From the human T2T-CHM13v2.0 reference genome, Homo sapiens: a DNA stretch of 64,000 nt. The notes beneath the pieces are model-generated. The model worked only from the letters and a program-made list of their open reading frames with translations, was not told where the DNA came from and did no database searches. Below, in pieces: positions 1 through 17,779 of this stretch. The stretch is taken from assembly GCF_009914755.1 (NCBI RefSeq), contig NC_060932.1. One strand, given 5' to 3'. A program made the position numbers and the translations under genes. Each line of letters begins with the position of its first letter. Positions within the stretch are counted from its first letter, which is position 1.

Positions 1-14
1 ATGTCCACTATTTC

Positions 15-325
15 GGCCAGGCACGGTGGCTCATGCCTGTAACCCCGGCATTTTGGGAGGCCGAGGCGGGCAGATCACGAGGTCAGGAGATCCAGACCAT
101 CCTAGCTAACATGGTGAAACCCTCTCTCTACTAAAAATACAAAAAAATTAGCTGGGAGTGGTGTCAGGTGCCTCTAGTCCCAGCTACTCAGGAGCCTGAG
201 GCAGGAGAATGGCGTGAACTCGGAAGGCAGAGCTTGCAGTGAGCGGAGATCACGCCACTGCACTCCAGCCTGGGCAACAGCGTGAGACTCCATCTCAAAA
301 AACAAACAACCAAAAAAAAAAAAAA
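15..325 (+). mobile_element. Alu SINE (AluY-like)
   Basis: Full dimer, GGAGAATGGCGTGAAC diagnostic, A tail, TSD ~cc(a/c)ctatttc. Confidence 0.95.
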
Positions 326-1038
326 CTCCCCTATTTCAACTCCTTTTACCTTTTAGAATAACAAAACAGTTAAAAGATTTTAAGATAAAACAAAATTTCC
401 AATGCTGCCAAGAATGAATACCACCAACTCACATCTGAAATACTGTGAGTTTTCTTCTCTAGGAATACCCGTTTTTCTGTTCACACTCACTTTTTAGGCT
501 CTGACTTTTATGGTATTGCACCACGGCATGGCAGGTCTAATCATTATCACTAAACTGTATTCCTAAACAAATTCAGCAAATTGAACGCACTCAACCAAGG
601 TGGATTTGCAGATGAACGGCCTACTTTTATCTCTCTAAGGATCTGAAGTTAGCGTACTTGCCTTTGGGTTTCTGCCAGCCTTTTATTTGAAAAATTCAAA
701 CAGAGATCTCCTCAGTTGACAGTGTATATATTAGGGAGGCTTCTAAACACATCTAAAAAGACAAAGCTGCCAAGAGATAGTAAACAGCATTCAATAAATA
801 GAACCTGCTTGGGTGAATGCCTTCTGGTGTTGTATGTTTTGACGCAGTACTTGGAAGTTTTCCTAGTTGGTTAATAATTGATGAGCTATCTCAACATATT
901 GAGTCACAAACACACAATTTTAAGTGGAAAATTTTCTATTGTCCTTATTCACCTGTCATTAGCCTTGAGTCATAGTATTCTAATGGTGTCCTTCAAAAGT
1001 AATCCCAGAGCCTAGGAAGGTATTAAAAGATGGTTTTA

Positions 1039-1506
<468 letters not shown>

Positions 1507-2015
1507 TTACCATATGTGGGGCTTTTCCTAGTGTTATTCTGGACTGTTCAGCCCAGATTTCTCCCTGTTCTGGGATGGGGCTGGCCATGGCTGGGGAAAC
1601 AACAGATCCTCCTTTTGTTCCCCGTGGCAGGGCTTTAGCTTCATCAACTGACAAACTTCAGGGGAACCCATTAAACATGCAAGGGGAAAGCCTCATGCAG
1701 AGCCACGAAGAGAAAATCAGGAGAGGCAGGTTTTAATTAATCAAAAAAGTAATTAGAGTAGGGTTCAAGTTGGCTTGTGAGGTACATAACATAAAGCAAT
1801 GTAGAAAACATGTAAGAAGAAGAAGAATGGTGGGTAAAGTAGAAGAGAAGTGAAGGAAAGGGTTAAGATAAAACCAGACATAAAGTTGATGTGAAAACAC
1901 AGCTACAAAACCCAGGACACCCAAAGAGGGCAGAGTGATCAGTTACACTGAAGACCAGAACAAGTGGGACATGTGGCTATCACCCATCTTCTGACCAGAA
2001 AGAAATTCCTCTTCC

Positions 2016-2315
2016 TTTTTTTTTTTTTTTTTTTTGAGCTGGAGTCTCGCTCTGTCACCCAGGCTAGAGTGCAGTGGTGCGATCTCGGCTCACTACAACC
2101 TCCGCCTCCTGGATTCAAGTGATTCTCCTGCCTCAGCCTCCTGAGTAACTGGGACTACAGGTGTGCACCACCACGCCCAGCTAATTTTTATATTTTTAGT
2201 AGAGACGGGGTTTCACCATGTTGGCCAGGATAGTCTTGATCTTGTGACCTTGTGATCCAGCCGCCTCAGCCTCCCAAAGAGCTGGGATTACAGGCGTGAG
2301 CCACCGCGCCCGGCC
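2016..2315 (-). mobile_element. Alu SINE (AluS)
   Basis: Poly-T followed by reverse-complement Alu. Confidence 0.95.
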
Positions 2316-2587
2316 CCTCTTCCATTTTTTTATCTGGAACATCTGCAACAGCATATCTACATCTAAGACAGTGACCCGATTTTCTGTGGTTATTCCAGAT
2401 GATTCTTTCAGCTTAGGCAGAAGAGAGATCACATCTCTAGAGTCAAATAGGTATGAAGAAGGCTTCTTTCTGAGACTCATGACAATCTAGCTTCTTATTC
2501 TTCTCTCCTGCTTATCTCTTTAACTCCCTACGTAGGAAGGAGGACCAGGAAAAGGAAATACATACTTATTTTTTTCTCACTGTAGAT

Positions 2588-2730
2588 TAAGTGCTGGGCT
2601 GGGTTTTCATGTGTTATTTCACTTATTACTCATAAACCTATGAGGGAGGTGCTATTTTTCCCATTTTATAGATGAGGAATGAGTCCTCAAGAGGTTGATC
2701 TATTTCCCCAGTACTGGTATGTGTCAGAGG
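2588..2730 (-). mobile_element. MIR SINE fragment
   Basis: cccattttatagatgaggaa MIR core motif. Confidence 0.75.
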
Positions 2731-4257
2731 CTGGGTTTGGACTGGCAACTGACTTAGACAGTAAATCAAATATAGCTATAATTTATGTTTAAATGAATCA
2801 ACCAGCAAGATCCTTCTAAGTGCCCAGCCCTGGAGATGTTCTGTAACTCCCCCAAGCTCCCCTATGTCCTAACTCTCAGCGTGGAGAAAAAGGGTATGGA
2901 AAAATATCTGTGGATAAAAGCAGAGTAAAAAAGACTGATTTTTGTTTTTTTACATTCCAGTGATGTTTCATTTTTCTATCTTATTTTTTTTCCCCTGATC
3001 ATTGTCTCTTAAGCAATATATATTGGTTAGGATATTAAAAATAAGCAGAAAGCCATTTTATTCTCCCAGCTGCTCTTTATCTAAGCAAGGCATAGCTAGC
3101 TAGAGGCAATTTCAATCCATTTTGGGAAAAAAGACTGCCCACCTTGGCATGTTTTTATCCGTAATACCATCAGGCTTTAGATGAATCCAGGACAAAGCAT
3201 CTTCATTGCATTATATGCAAGGGAAACAGAGTCAAAGTCATCTTAACTTTGTAATGAATAGCATTTTGTCAGAGTGAATATTTGGCTCGTGGGAGGTTAA
3301 AGGAGAAACAGGACTAAAATGCTTTAATAGGCAGAGGCTAGCACAGTGAAATGAATGTATTGCTTTTAGGAGAGTCCCCAGTGGACTGCACATAATGAAA
3401 CTTGCTATCTGATGAGGCTGCCTGGGTGAGGAGACAGGCTGGCAGCTGGGAGCAGCAAACTGAATACAGGGCTGTCAGGAAACCTAAGGTGACCCTCACA
3501 CCTGCAGCAGAGGTGGCAGGTTTCTCCCCTGCCTGGGTGAACAGATACACAGAATAAATGTGCGAAAGTTCCTGGGGGGTGAAGAAGGGTCACAGGCCTA
3601 TCAGCAGTGCTGCTTGAGACCATCTATTTTCAGACATGAAAACAGACCATGCAGATATGACACAGACAGGACATGAATGCGAAAGCAGCAGCCTGGCTGT
3701 ACTTGGATGAACTAGAAAATGAATCACACCAGTTTGCTTCCTGAAGGGAGTGTTTTTTAACAGAGCTAGATGCCCAGGTGAGATATCTGGATGCTAAATA
3801 ACAAAGTAAATTAATTTGGCACGTCTGACCTCCACCCACAAGGCTACTTATTGGGTGGAAGAAAATTTACAGAGAGAGAGGAGGACAAACAACTCTTTGG
3901 AAGACGTGTGGAAGAGACTACTGCTTTTTTTTTTTTTTTTTGCAGAAGAATATAATTGTTTTGGGAGGGGCTTTTAGTTTTGCCAATGAATTAAAGGGTA
4001 AAACATTCCCACAGCCACCAAGATGGAGAGGAACCCAAGAGAAGCACATATAGGAGAGAAATAGAAACATCTATGTAGACAGAACACCAATGAATATCAA
4101 CTGAGGGGGAGACTGTCCTCTCATCCCTAAGAGGCATATCTTGAAGCTTCCATTTCATTATTCACCCTATTTATGTATCGGTAATATTAAATCATTTCAT
4201 TAGCTTATCTTATGTTCCACTGGATTGGACGCTGCCCAACAATAGAGACAATTACTG

Positions 4258-4575
4258 GAGGAAGTAGAAATGGTGCAACCACTTTGGAAAAGAGTTTGGC
4301 ATTTTCTCCTAATATTGAACGTTGATATAACCTAATACCTAGCGATTCCACTCCTAGATATAGATCAAAGGTAAATTCTTGCCCATATACTTAGAATATA
4401 GGTAAGAGAACATCCATAATACTAAAACCTGGATACAAATGCCTGTCACTGAGGATGATAAATAAATGGTGAATTGACCTAATTGAATATTATATAGTAG
4501 ACAAATGAACCACAGCAATTTTGCAACGGTATGGATAAATTTCTTCAACATACTATTAAGTGAAAAAAATACACA
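4258..4575 (+). mobile_element. Old L1M 3' region fragment
   Basis: aaatggtgcaaccactttggaaaa...gcgattccactcctag typical of the L1 ORF2 end/3'UTR. Confidence 0.75.
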
Positions 4576-4590
4576 TCAAAATAAAATATC

Positions 4591-4898
4591 TTTTTTTTTT
4601 TTTTTTTTTTTTTTCTGAGACAGGGTCTTACTCTTTTACCCAGATTGGAGTGCAGAGGCACAATCTCAGCTTACTGCAGCCTTGACCTGTGGGGCTCAAG
4701 TAATCCTTCCACCTAAGCCCCTGAGTAGCTGGGACTATAGGCGTGCACCACTACGCCTGTCTAATCTTCGTATTTTTTTGTAGAGAGAGGGTTTCGCCAT
4801 GTTGCCTAGGCTGGTCTAGAACTCCTGAGCTAAAGCAACCCGCCCACCTCAGCCTCCCAAAGTGTTGGTATTACAGACGTGAGCCACTGCACCAGGCT
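4591..4898 (-). mobile_element. Alu SINE (AluJ-like)
   Basis: Diverged dimer, gagacagggtct end. Confidence 0.93.
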
Positions 4899-6114
4899 AA
4901 ATATACATTTTTATAAAGTTAAAAACAACGAAGAATACACAATTTTAAAGGACTACATACATATGGAAAGAACATCTATATTCCTACACACACTTATATA
5001 TAAAAGCATGGGAATAATGACCAGAGATGTCAGGATGAGGGAGGAAAATCCGAAGAGACCACGTGGTTGGATGTAGGCTGCCAAGGTGGTGGCTTTTGTT
5101 TTAGCTGTGGGTTTGCAGGTGATTAATATAAATGACCAAATAATAAATAAAAAGAAGTGATCCGTGCATGGGCCGTTGATGAAAGGGTATCGGAGGATTA
5201 TTACGATAAGAGAGACACAAAATATAGGACATGAATCAGTACTCTCATAGGTCAGAATCTCTTAAAGTTGATGTATATCTAAGTGTTGTATTTTCGTTGA
5301 TGATGCAAGCCAGCTTAATGTATTCCCTCCAGGCCACTTAAACCAGGATGACTGCAGTTCAAAGGAGCAATTTAGAAGCATATTTAATGTTGGCCTTGAT
5401 TTAAAAGAATAACCTAACCAGAATTATTAAATATATGGTGCCACTACACATTAATTCTGGTAGTTACTCTTATCCTCAGGGCTTTGCAGGAGGTCATTGC
5501 AGACACAAGAGTGGATGATAAAATGGCAGTGAGGAAGAAAAATAGGACAAAAGATATCTCCTTTCTTTCCACTGGTGGAAACTTACGCTGCATTCTCAGG
5601 TTCATGTGAGATTCTCTCTAGCGAGTTCCCTAGCTATGCCAAAGAACTTTTCTCCAGGGGTCTTTGAAGCTCAGAGCTTCAGCTAACACAAGGGAGGGGA
5701 GGAGTGTGAAGTGGCTGGATTAGCAAGGTCCTGTGGAGGCAGATGGTGGCCTCTGATGCCTTCTCTAGTGAGAAGAATCTCTTACTTTACAAATAAGCAA
5801 GGAAAAACTGGAATCACTCAGGATCTCATGATAGAAGGAGGCTTTTTCTTTCCTTTTGAGAATGATGCCTTAAGTCAACTGACCATCCAGAGATTTCCTA
5901 CCTCTGCTTACTGGGATCACAATTCCCAAATCCAGGACAGGAAAGACAAATGAGACTGTGAAATAGTTGTTAGGAGATTTAATTTGAAAGTCCATCCCTT
6001 GTGCTAAGGCTGAGGAACGAGCATGCAGGCCAAGTGAGGAGAGCAGGAGCACAGCCTGAATGTGCATTCTTCTCTGTCCTGCTAGGAACAACTTCTGAAA
6101 ATAAAGTTCCACTC

Positions 6115-7043
<929 letters not shown>

Positions 7044-7164
7044 TCACCTCCAGTGTGGAGTCTTCCCAGGCTACCCCCAACTGAATTGTTTGCTCCCCTT
7101 GTGCTCTCATGGCAGTTGATTTCTTCCTCTACTTTAGCACTTAATGATCTGTCTTCAAGAGTGT

Positions 7165-7259
7165 TTCCCCACTAGGCTGTGAGCTCCCTGGACCATAGGC
7201 AGTGTCTCAGTCCTCAGTATATTTTAGCTGCCCAGCCCAGAGGACACACAATAGAGTAT
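7165..7259 (+). mobile_element. L2 3' end fragment
   Basis: ctaggctgtgagctccctgg motif; interrupted by an LTR. Confidence 0.55.
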
Positions 7260-7726
7260 TGTTACTGAAACACTAGGGGTTCGGTCTAGGTCCTGCTGCT
7301 CACTACATACAAAGCCAATCACTGAGACAACGAGTATTGCCAATACAGAAACGTTTAATTAGGTGTTGCAGCCAACAAGAAGGGATAGCACTCTCAAATC
7401 CATCTCCCCGACTGACTAAAATTAGGGGTTCATATGGCAGGGAAGAAATGTAACTATGTGTGGAGAAACAGGAACTTGGGAGGGTTAAGGAAACAATCAT
7501 GATGAATGAGGGGCCTGGTGTCTTATTTTCTGAATGCAATGATCTGGTGAGTTGCAGCTCTTTGAAACTTTTTGGGAGGCTTGGAGTCTCATGATCTGGA
7601 TGTGATGATTTGGTAAGTTTCAAGACCAGAAGGTAAGACCAGAAGGGTCAATTTCTGTGTTTATCCAAAAAAACACAAAAACAAACAAACAAAAAAACTA
7701 TCTGTAGAACTATTAGGTAGATTTCA
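7260..7726 (-). mobile_element. ERV1 solo LTR, copy 1 (LTR26-like)
   Basis: TG...CA ends; 4-bp TSD gtat/gtct; homologous to 9832-10294 and 41459-42277; family name from memory. Confidence 0.85.
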
Positions 7727-7839
7727 GTCTCATGAAACAAATCTATCTTTTTTAATTTAACCGGTATCTTAAAACTATACTTAAATTTTCTCATATTAAA
7801 AAAACAAGTAAATTATGATTTAGAAGATACACACAACTA

Positions 7840-8030
7840 TAAATGTTATTAAGAACCGACCATGCACCAGGTATTGTGGTCTGTTTGCAGGATACAAAGT
7901 AGAATGGAATATAGTCTCTGACTTCTGGAGTGTTACAATTTAGTGGGGAGACAAATAATTAGAGGAAAGTGAGCTGAGCTACTTTACAAGCATGAACAAG
8001 GCAGTGTGGAGGCAGAGAAGGATGTGTTTA
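7840..8030 (-). mobile_element. L2 fragment
   Basis: atgcaccaggtattgtg...ttacaatttagtggggagaca. Confidence 0.6.
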
Positions 8031-8836
8031 CCTCCTACTTTGTTTTAGGCAAACTAACAACAGTGAATCCTTGAGTGGGGGAGGTAGTTAAGGGGACTAA
8101 TTTTGGAGCGTTTAGGTCTAGAATCATGGTGAGGAGAATACAGAAAGATACTGCCAGCTAATTAAGGGGAACCTACTCTCTTTTCTTGCACTATGGCAGT
8201 CCTGGAGATAGCCATTTCTAAAAGAAAAAAATGACCACTCCTTCAGCTCACTAGTTTGACCCAAAGTTGACAACCCCTATTTTGAGGGACCATAAGATAG
8301 AAAAAGCTTTTTTCCTGTAAAGTGAGTCTGATTCTACACAACCCAGTTGACAACAGCAAGGCTTCTACATCACTTTGTCAGGGAGAGGCCAGTAATTTTA
8401 GGGTGGCAACTGATCCATTTACACAATGAGAGAATTTCCCTCATGCACAAAGTGTTCCATAGCAATTTGCGGTCTTACAGAATGCCATTTATAGTTCCTA
8501 CCATGACAGGAAAATTAGGGGGCAGACTGATGATTACTCTGACTGCAAACTGAAGGATGCATGTTGGTCAACTGGTCGACTTTCCCTTTCACACCAGCAA
8601 GGGACTGGCAGCTGGGTTTTCTATATTTGAAGAAGCAAAGCAAAAAGTCCAGTCAGTTCCCTGGTTAGATATCATCTTTCAGCTTGAAGGTGTCTTCATC
8701 AGCTGCTAACTATAGCCTAGGGTCTGAAGTCATTACCCAGAATACTACTTCATCTGCATTAAAAAATATCTTACATGCCACTTCAGGGAGATAACCTGGG
8801 CTTGGAAAGCTAGGTCTCAACGAAAACGAGGTCTTC

Positions 8837-9231
<395 letters not shown>

Positions 9232-9831
9232 TTATTCTTGCTAAATACTTGGATGGCTCCCAATTTGCACTTTGCAAGGAAGACATAAACACGCTCTTCC
9301 TGTCTGGTTTGTGTGGAGAGGTATTCATAGCAGGACCTCTTTGTTGTGCTCGGCTAATTATATAGTGATGGATGTAAATTGCACTGTAGGCTTTCAGGCT
9401 CACAGGCTCACGATCCATTTCTTCAACCTAAAGGAGAAGGACTGAGAAAAATATTAAGAGACTCCAACCATATCTTTATCTATGAAAATGGAGTCTAAAT
9501 GAGTGAAATAACCCTTCAGAAGAGCAGAAAAGGTTTCAGAGAAGAGGATACCAGTGGTGGCTCCTGCTCAGACCCTGCCCTGATTTTATATAATAGCAGA
9601 GGGTTATGAGAAAAATGTTCTGTGAGTCTCACTTAACATGCAAAGAAGAATGGATACTTTTGCTTGCCGGGGTAGCAATGTCCCTAGTCTCTGAATGTTT
9701 TGTTCAGAGATAACTAAACGACAGTAATAGTAATACCTTACCTTTGAAAGCCGTGTTGATGTTGTATGCCTTTCTTACATGCTACCTCCTCAAATTGTCC
9801 AGTAACAAGGTTATTGAATAGGTCATTTTAT

Positions 9832-10294
9832 TGTTACTGAAACACCAGGGGTTTAGTCTAGGTGGTGCTGCTGGCTGCACAGAAAGCCAATCACTGAGAT
9901 GACAATTATTGCCAAAGAAGAAGGCTTTAATTGGGTGCTGCCAAGGTGATGGGAGCTGTCTCAAATCCACCTTCCTGACCAACTAAAACTACGGGTTTAT
10001 ATAGCAGGGAAGAAATGTAACCATGATTGAGAAAACAAGAACTCAGGAGGGGAAAGGAAGCAATCATGATCAATGAGGCATCTGTCATCTCATTGTCTGG
10101 ATGTGGTGATCTGGTGAGTTTCAGTTCTTTTTGATACTTTTTTTTTTTTGAGAGGCGTGAAAGTTGTTTTCTGAGGAAGGCACTCAGATAAATAGAAGTT
10201 TCAAGCTTTAAGATTAGAAGGATCAATTTTGATGTTTATAAAAAAAAAAAAAAACCACCAAAAACCTATCTATAGGACTATTGGGTCAGTTTCA
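9832..10294 (-). mobile_element. ERV1 solo LTR, copy 2 (LTR26-like)
   Basis: TG...CA ends; perfect 4-bp TSD ttat; TATA (CTATATAAA on - strand, 9996-10004) and ATTAAA (9926-9931). Confidence 0.88.
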
Positions 10295-10985
10295 TTATTA
10301 ACACCGACATGAAATTAAAAACCCAGGAAAGGCTAATGATTCAGCCAAGCCTCCCTACCAATTAGTTGTAAAGCAGACAGATCCCAATATCACTTTTGCC
10401 ATTAGTCTCATGCTGATGTGGCCGTAGCTTAGCATTCTATTAATATGATTTGTAATTTGGTTTGCAGGTTCATTTTAAGTAGGAAGGTTTTTATTTACGA
10501 CTTTCTCGCTTCCTTTCTCTCCGTTGCATCTTGGATGCTGAGAAAGTAAAAATTAGTTCAGACAAGAAAAGTAAAATACCTGCCTGGCTACTCATCACGC
10601 TGGGATAGCTGAAACAGATAAGGCCTGCTGCCATGTTAACAGCAACATACGTTCTTCCCAAGGACACTCTGCCACTGTAGTGTCATAACAACCCACTTTT
10701 TTGAAGGGGTCTTTCTTTTACTCATTCACTGAAAAACCTTGTTTTCTAAAATCATAGATTGTCTGAAATCTTGCAGTTGGAAATTATATCAGTAAGAATG
10801 AAGCATTTCATTTTTGCCTGGAAGATCTGAGTCACTTTGCAACAGAGAAGCAGCTTCGGTTACCAACCCAGATGGAGAGCTGTAGGTAAAGGTTTCTGAA
10901 CGCAGGATTTCACATTCACTTAATTTCTCAGCTTCTAAAGAAATAAGACCCCGAGTCCACTTCACAGTCCTGACCTCATGTCTCA

Positions 10986-12050
<1,065 letters not shown>

Positions 12051-12064
12051 GGAAAAAAAAAAAC

Positions 12065-12262
12065 CCTCCAAATCTCTTCATTTGAATTCCACCTACACTC
12101 CACTCTTTCCCTAATCCTAAGCTAACTCTATTTTTTCCCTTTGTTGGTGAGACACCCACAGTTCCTCAGGGAGTGCTATCTCCATCATAGCAATGAGCCA
12201 ATAAACCTAACTTTGTTGGACTACAGGTTTGTCCCAGGTGGTCCTAGGTTGGTTGGATTCAG
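12065..12262 (+). mobile_element. Old ERVL-class LTR 3' fragment (LTR40-like?)
   Basis: aataaacctaactttgtt..actacaggt motif. Confidence 0.4.
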
Positions 12263-12837
12263 AAAGTGTTCACTGTTCTCCATCTAGCACACCAGATTTT
12301 ATTATCACGGAATTTGGGGAATACTGGCACATGGTGACCTTGGGGGATATTGTAGATCCATTTATGGAGCCAAGGGGAAAACTTAACTCAGTCTCCAGTT
12401 GAGGACTGGTTTTTTCTCTCCTCTCCCAGGGCCCTGAGTTTCTACAAAGCCATGGCTCCAGGCAGAGAGGGTGGCCAGTGACTGCATTTAGCATCCTCTC
12501 AAGAGCAGAGGAGCCCGCCCCAGTCCCTGGGCTCTCCATGCACCAGGCTCCCGGCCCGCCCAGGGGCAGCACTCTTCATCCTTGCCATTCTGAAGGAGCT
12601 GACTCCTCCACCACCACTGCTGGCTTCCTGCCCCTGATCCCAGCCGGCCTGCGGCTTCTATCTCTTGCAGTATTCTGGGTCCTGTTCTGTTTCTGGTCCA
12701 CAGAGATATTTATGCTTTTGTTGTTGTTGTTGTTTTTACATTTCTATGCCTATATGGCTATCATTGCTATTGGTTTTGAACAGGGGATGACAGTGGGGAA
12801 TAGGGAGTGCAGTGAAACATGAAGACACTGTGTTATC

Positions 12838-13530
<693 letters not shown>

Positions 13531-13601
13531 TCATCTTGACCAGAGGTTCTGGATTAAAAATGTAAGTACACTAAGTTTTAAAAAGACTATCGAGCCCCTC
13601 A

Positions 13602-13991
<390 letters not shown>

Positions 13992-14387
13992 TCAATTTAA
14001 ATGAAGACTACTTCAATTTTTTTTTTAAAGAAATATCACCTCTCAAATTCTCCCATTTTCTTTTCTGCGTCTGCTTTGCTGGTTTCCCCACTGTGTACAG
14101 AGTGCGTCCACTCAGTAACCCAACACACAGCCACCATAAGCCAGCGACCACAGGTGGAGGAAAGCCACAGAAAACCTGCCTTTCTGGTCCTTCTGAAATG
14201 ACTGACTTAGGTGTCAGCTTCATTGTCCTGCTCTGCCATAATGGTGACTGTTTCCTCTTTTAAAGCTGGGTGACTTTTAGTCAAAATCCTCTTTTGAGAT
14301 TTGTTTGCTAAGGAAGATTCAGTAGGAAGAAATGGACCTTGCCTCTTGCCTCTTGGGTTTCCCAAATCTTACCAGAATCTCTACAGC

Positions 14388-14694
14388 TTTTTTTGTTTGT
14401 TTGTTTGTTCTTCAAGATAAGATCTCGCTCTGTCCCCCAAGGTGGAGTGCAATGGTGCGATCTTGGCTCACTGCAACCTCCACCTTCTGCTTTCAAGCAA
14501 TTTTTGAGCCTCAGCTTCCAGAGTAGCTGGGATTACAGGTGCCCACCACCACGCCCGGCTGTTTGTATTTTTTAGTAGAGATGGGGTTTTGCCATGTTGG
14601 CCAGAATGGTCTCGAACTCCTACACTCATGTGATTTGCCCTCCTCAGGCTCCCAAAGTGCTGGGATTACAGGAGCAAGCCACAGGGCTCAGTCG
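14388..14694 (-). mobile_element. Alu SINE (AluS)
   Basis: Reverse dimer, (TTTG)n tail. Confidence 0.93.
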
Positions 14695-14808
14695 AATCCT
14701 TTGATTTTTTAACAGTGAGCATTTCGGCTAGGTAGATGGAGAAATAATTTTCTGTGGAAATCTTTCAAGAGACCTTAAGTCACAAAGAAAATTGATTTAC
14801 TTATTTGT

Positions 14809-15131
<323 letters not shown>

Positions 15132-15964
15132 TTATTTGTAAATCTGGAGGAGGGAAAGAAAATGACAAGTGATTTTGATTCACTGGCTTAATTACTTTCA
15201 CCAGTTTGTAATTCTGTGTTAACAAGCACTAATGTGATGGTCCTGTGATCCTTTTTCTCTTTTAACAAAGCACGTTCTGCGTAGCTCCCATTGTTCTTCT
15301 GTTTTTCTCTGGTGTTCATTTATGACTTTCATGATATACGTTGCTTGTGGTTAAATTTATGTCACTAAATAATACCACTGTAAATTAGGTGCCGCTATTC
15401 CCTGGTCTTGTTTAGATCTCATCAGTGGAGCTCTGTTAACTCAGAGATATTTTCAGTCGCAGATAAATTGCTCTGTTCAATTTGCATTTCAGTAATTTTC
15501 TGATTTAGACATGGGGTTGCTAATGGGCATAATAATTCAGGAAGGCGATTAAGGGGAGGGAATTTCCTGAAATGCTTGCATCTTTAGCAACACCCCAAAA
15601 TAGTCTCTTTTTTTTCACTGTGCGGTATCTTCTTACATGTGCATAAGTAAAAGTTAATTATCTTTATAAAGTGGTGTTGGAAATGGTGTTGGCTATTTTC
15701 CTTTCTCTGTGCTATAGCTTGCTGTCTATTTGAACTGAAATTGGTTTGGTAAGAAGTTTTGCCCAAGGGGTTCATTTAATAGCAGCATTTCTGATTTGTC
15801 ATAGTTTGCTGGAATACATGGACTATTAAAACCTCAATTCCAAAGGCAATTCTTAGAAGGAAAGCATTGGTCATTAATTTTGCAGCTTGATTTCTGCCTG
15901 TGGACTTTCAGGTCCCCCTTCTTCCGTGAAGTCTTTCCTTACAATTTCCTGTGTGTTTATATTG

Positions 15965-16075
15965 TTCTTCCCACCTTTTCAGAGTATGAGCTTCTTGAGA
16001 GAAGGGCTTTGTTTACTTATAGGACCTAATCGAGAACTAGACAAGCAGTAGGCACATGGCAAATTAAGTAGAATT
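15965..16075 (+). mobile_element. L2 3' end fragment
   Basis: gagtatgagcttcttgag...agtaggcac. Confidence 0.5.
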
Positions 16076-16151
16076 ATATACCTAAATCTTAAAACATAGT
16101 ACTTGTCTAAAGAAGGAGGAGGAGGAAGGGGAGGAGGGGAGGGAAGAGAAG

Positions 16152-16153
<2 letters not shown>

Positions 16154-16185
<32 letters not shown>
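16154..16185. repeat. (CA)n microsatellite next to a GGA-rich purine tract
   Basis: Direct read. Confidence 0.95.
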
Positions 16186-16187
<2 letters not shown>

Positions 16188-16539
16188 AGTCCTGAAGTGG
16201 TATATTGATTTGTTGCTTTGCTTTCAAAATGCCAAACAAAATGATCTGGGTGATTTATTTCCATTATTGAATTTATGTATTTGTATGTAAGGTGTGGGAA
16301 GCACTTAATCAACTGTCCTGACAGGTTGTTTTTGCCTTCTGAAAACAGAACTTTTAAACAACAACAAAAAATGGTTCCATTAACTGATATGAAATTGCTT
16401 TAACCCTATGCACTATATAAAATGTGATATATATATGTGTGTGTGTGTATGTGTGTGTTTCTGTATTCATACACACAGTATTCAAATTATAAAAGAGAAA
16501 CAAGCTTGACTATTATCTTTTAAGATGCATTTCTCTCTT

Positions 16540-17775
<1,236 letters not shown>

Positions 17776-17779
17776 TCAT

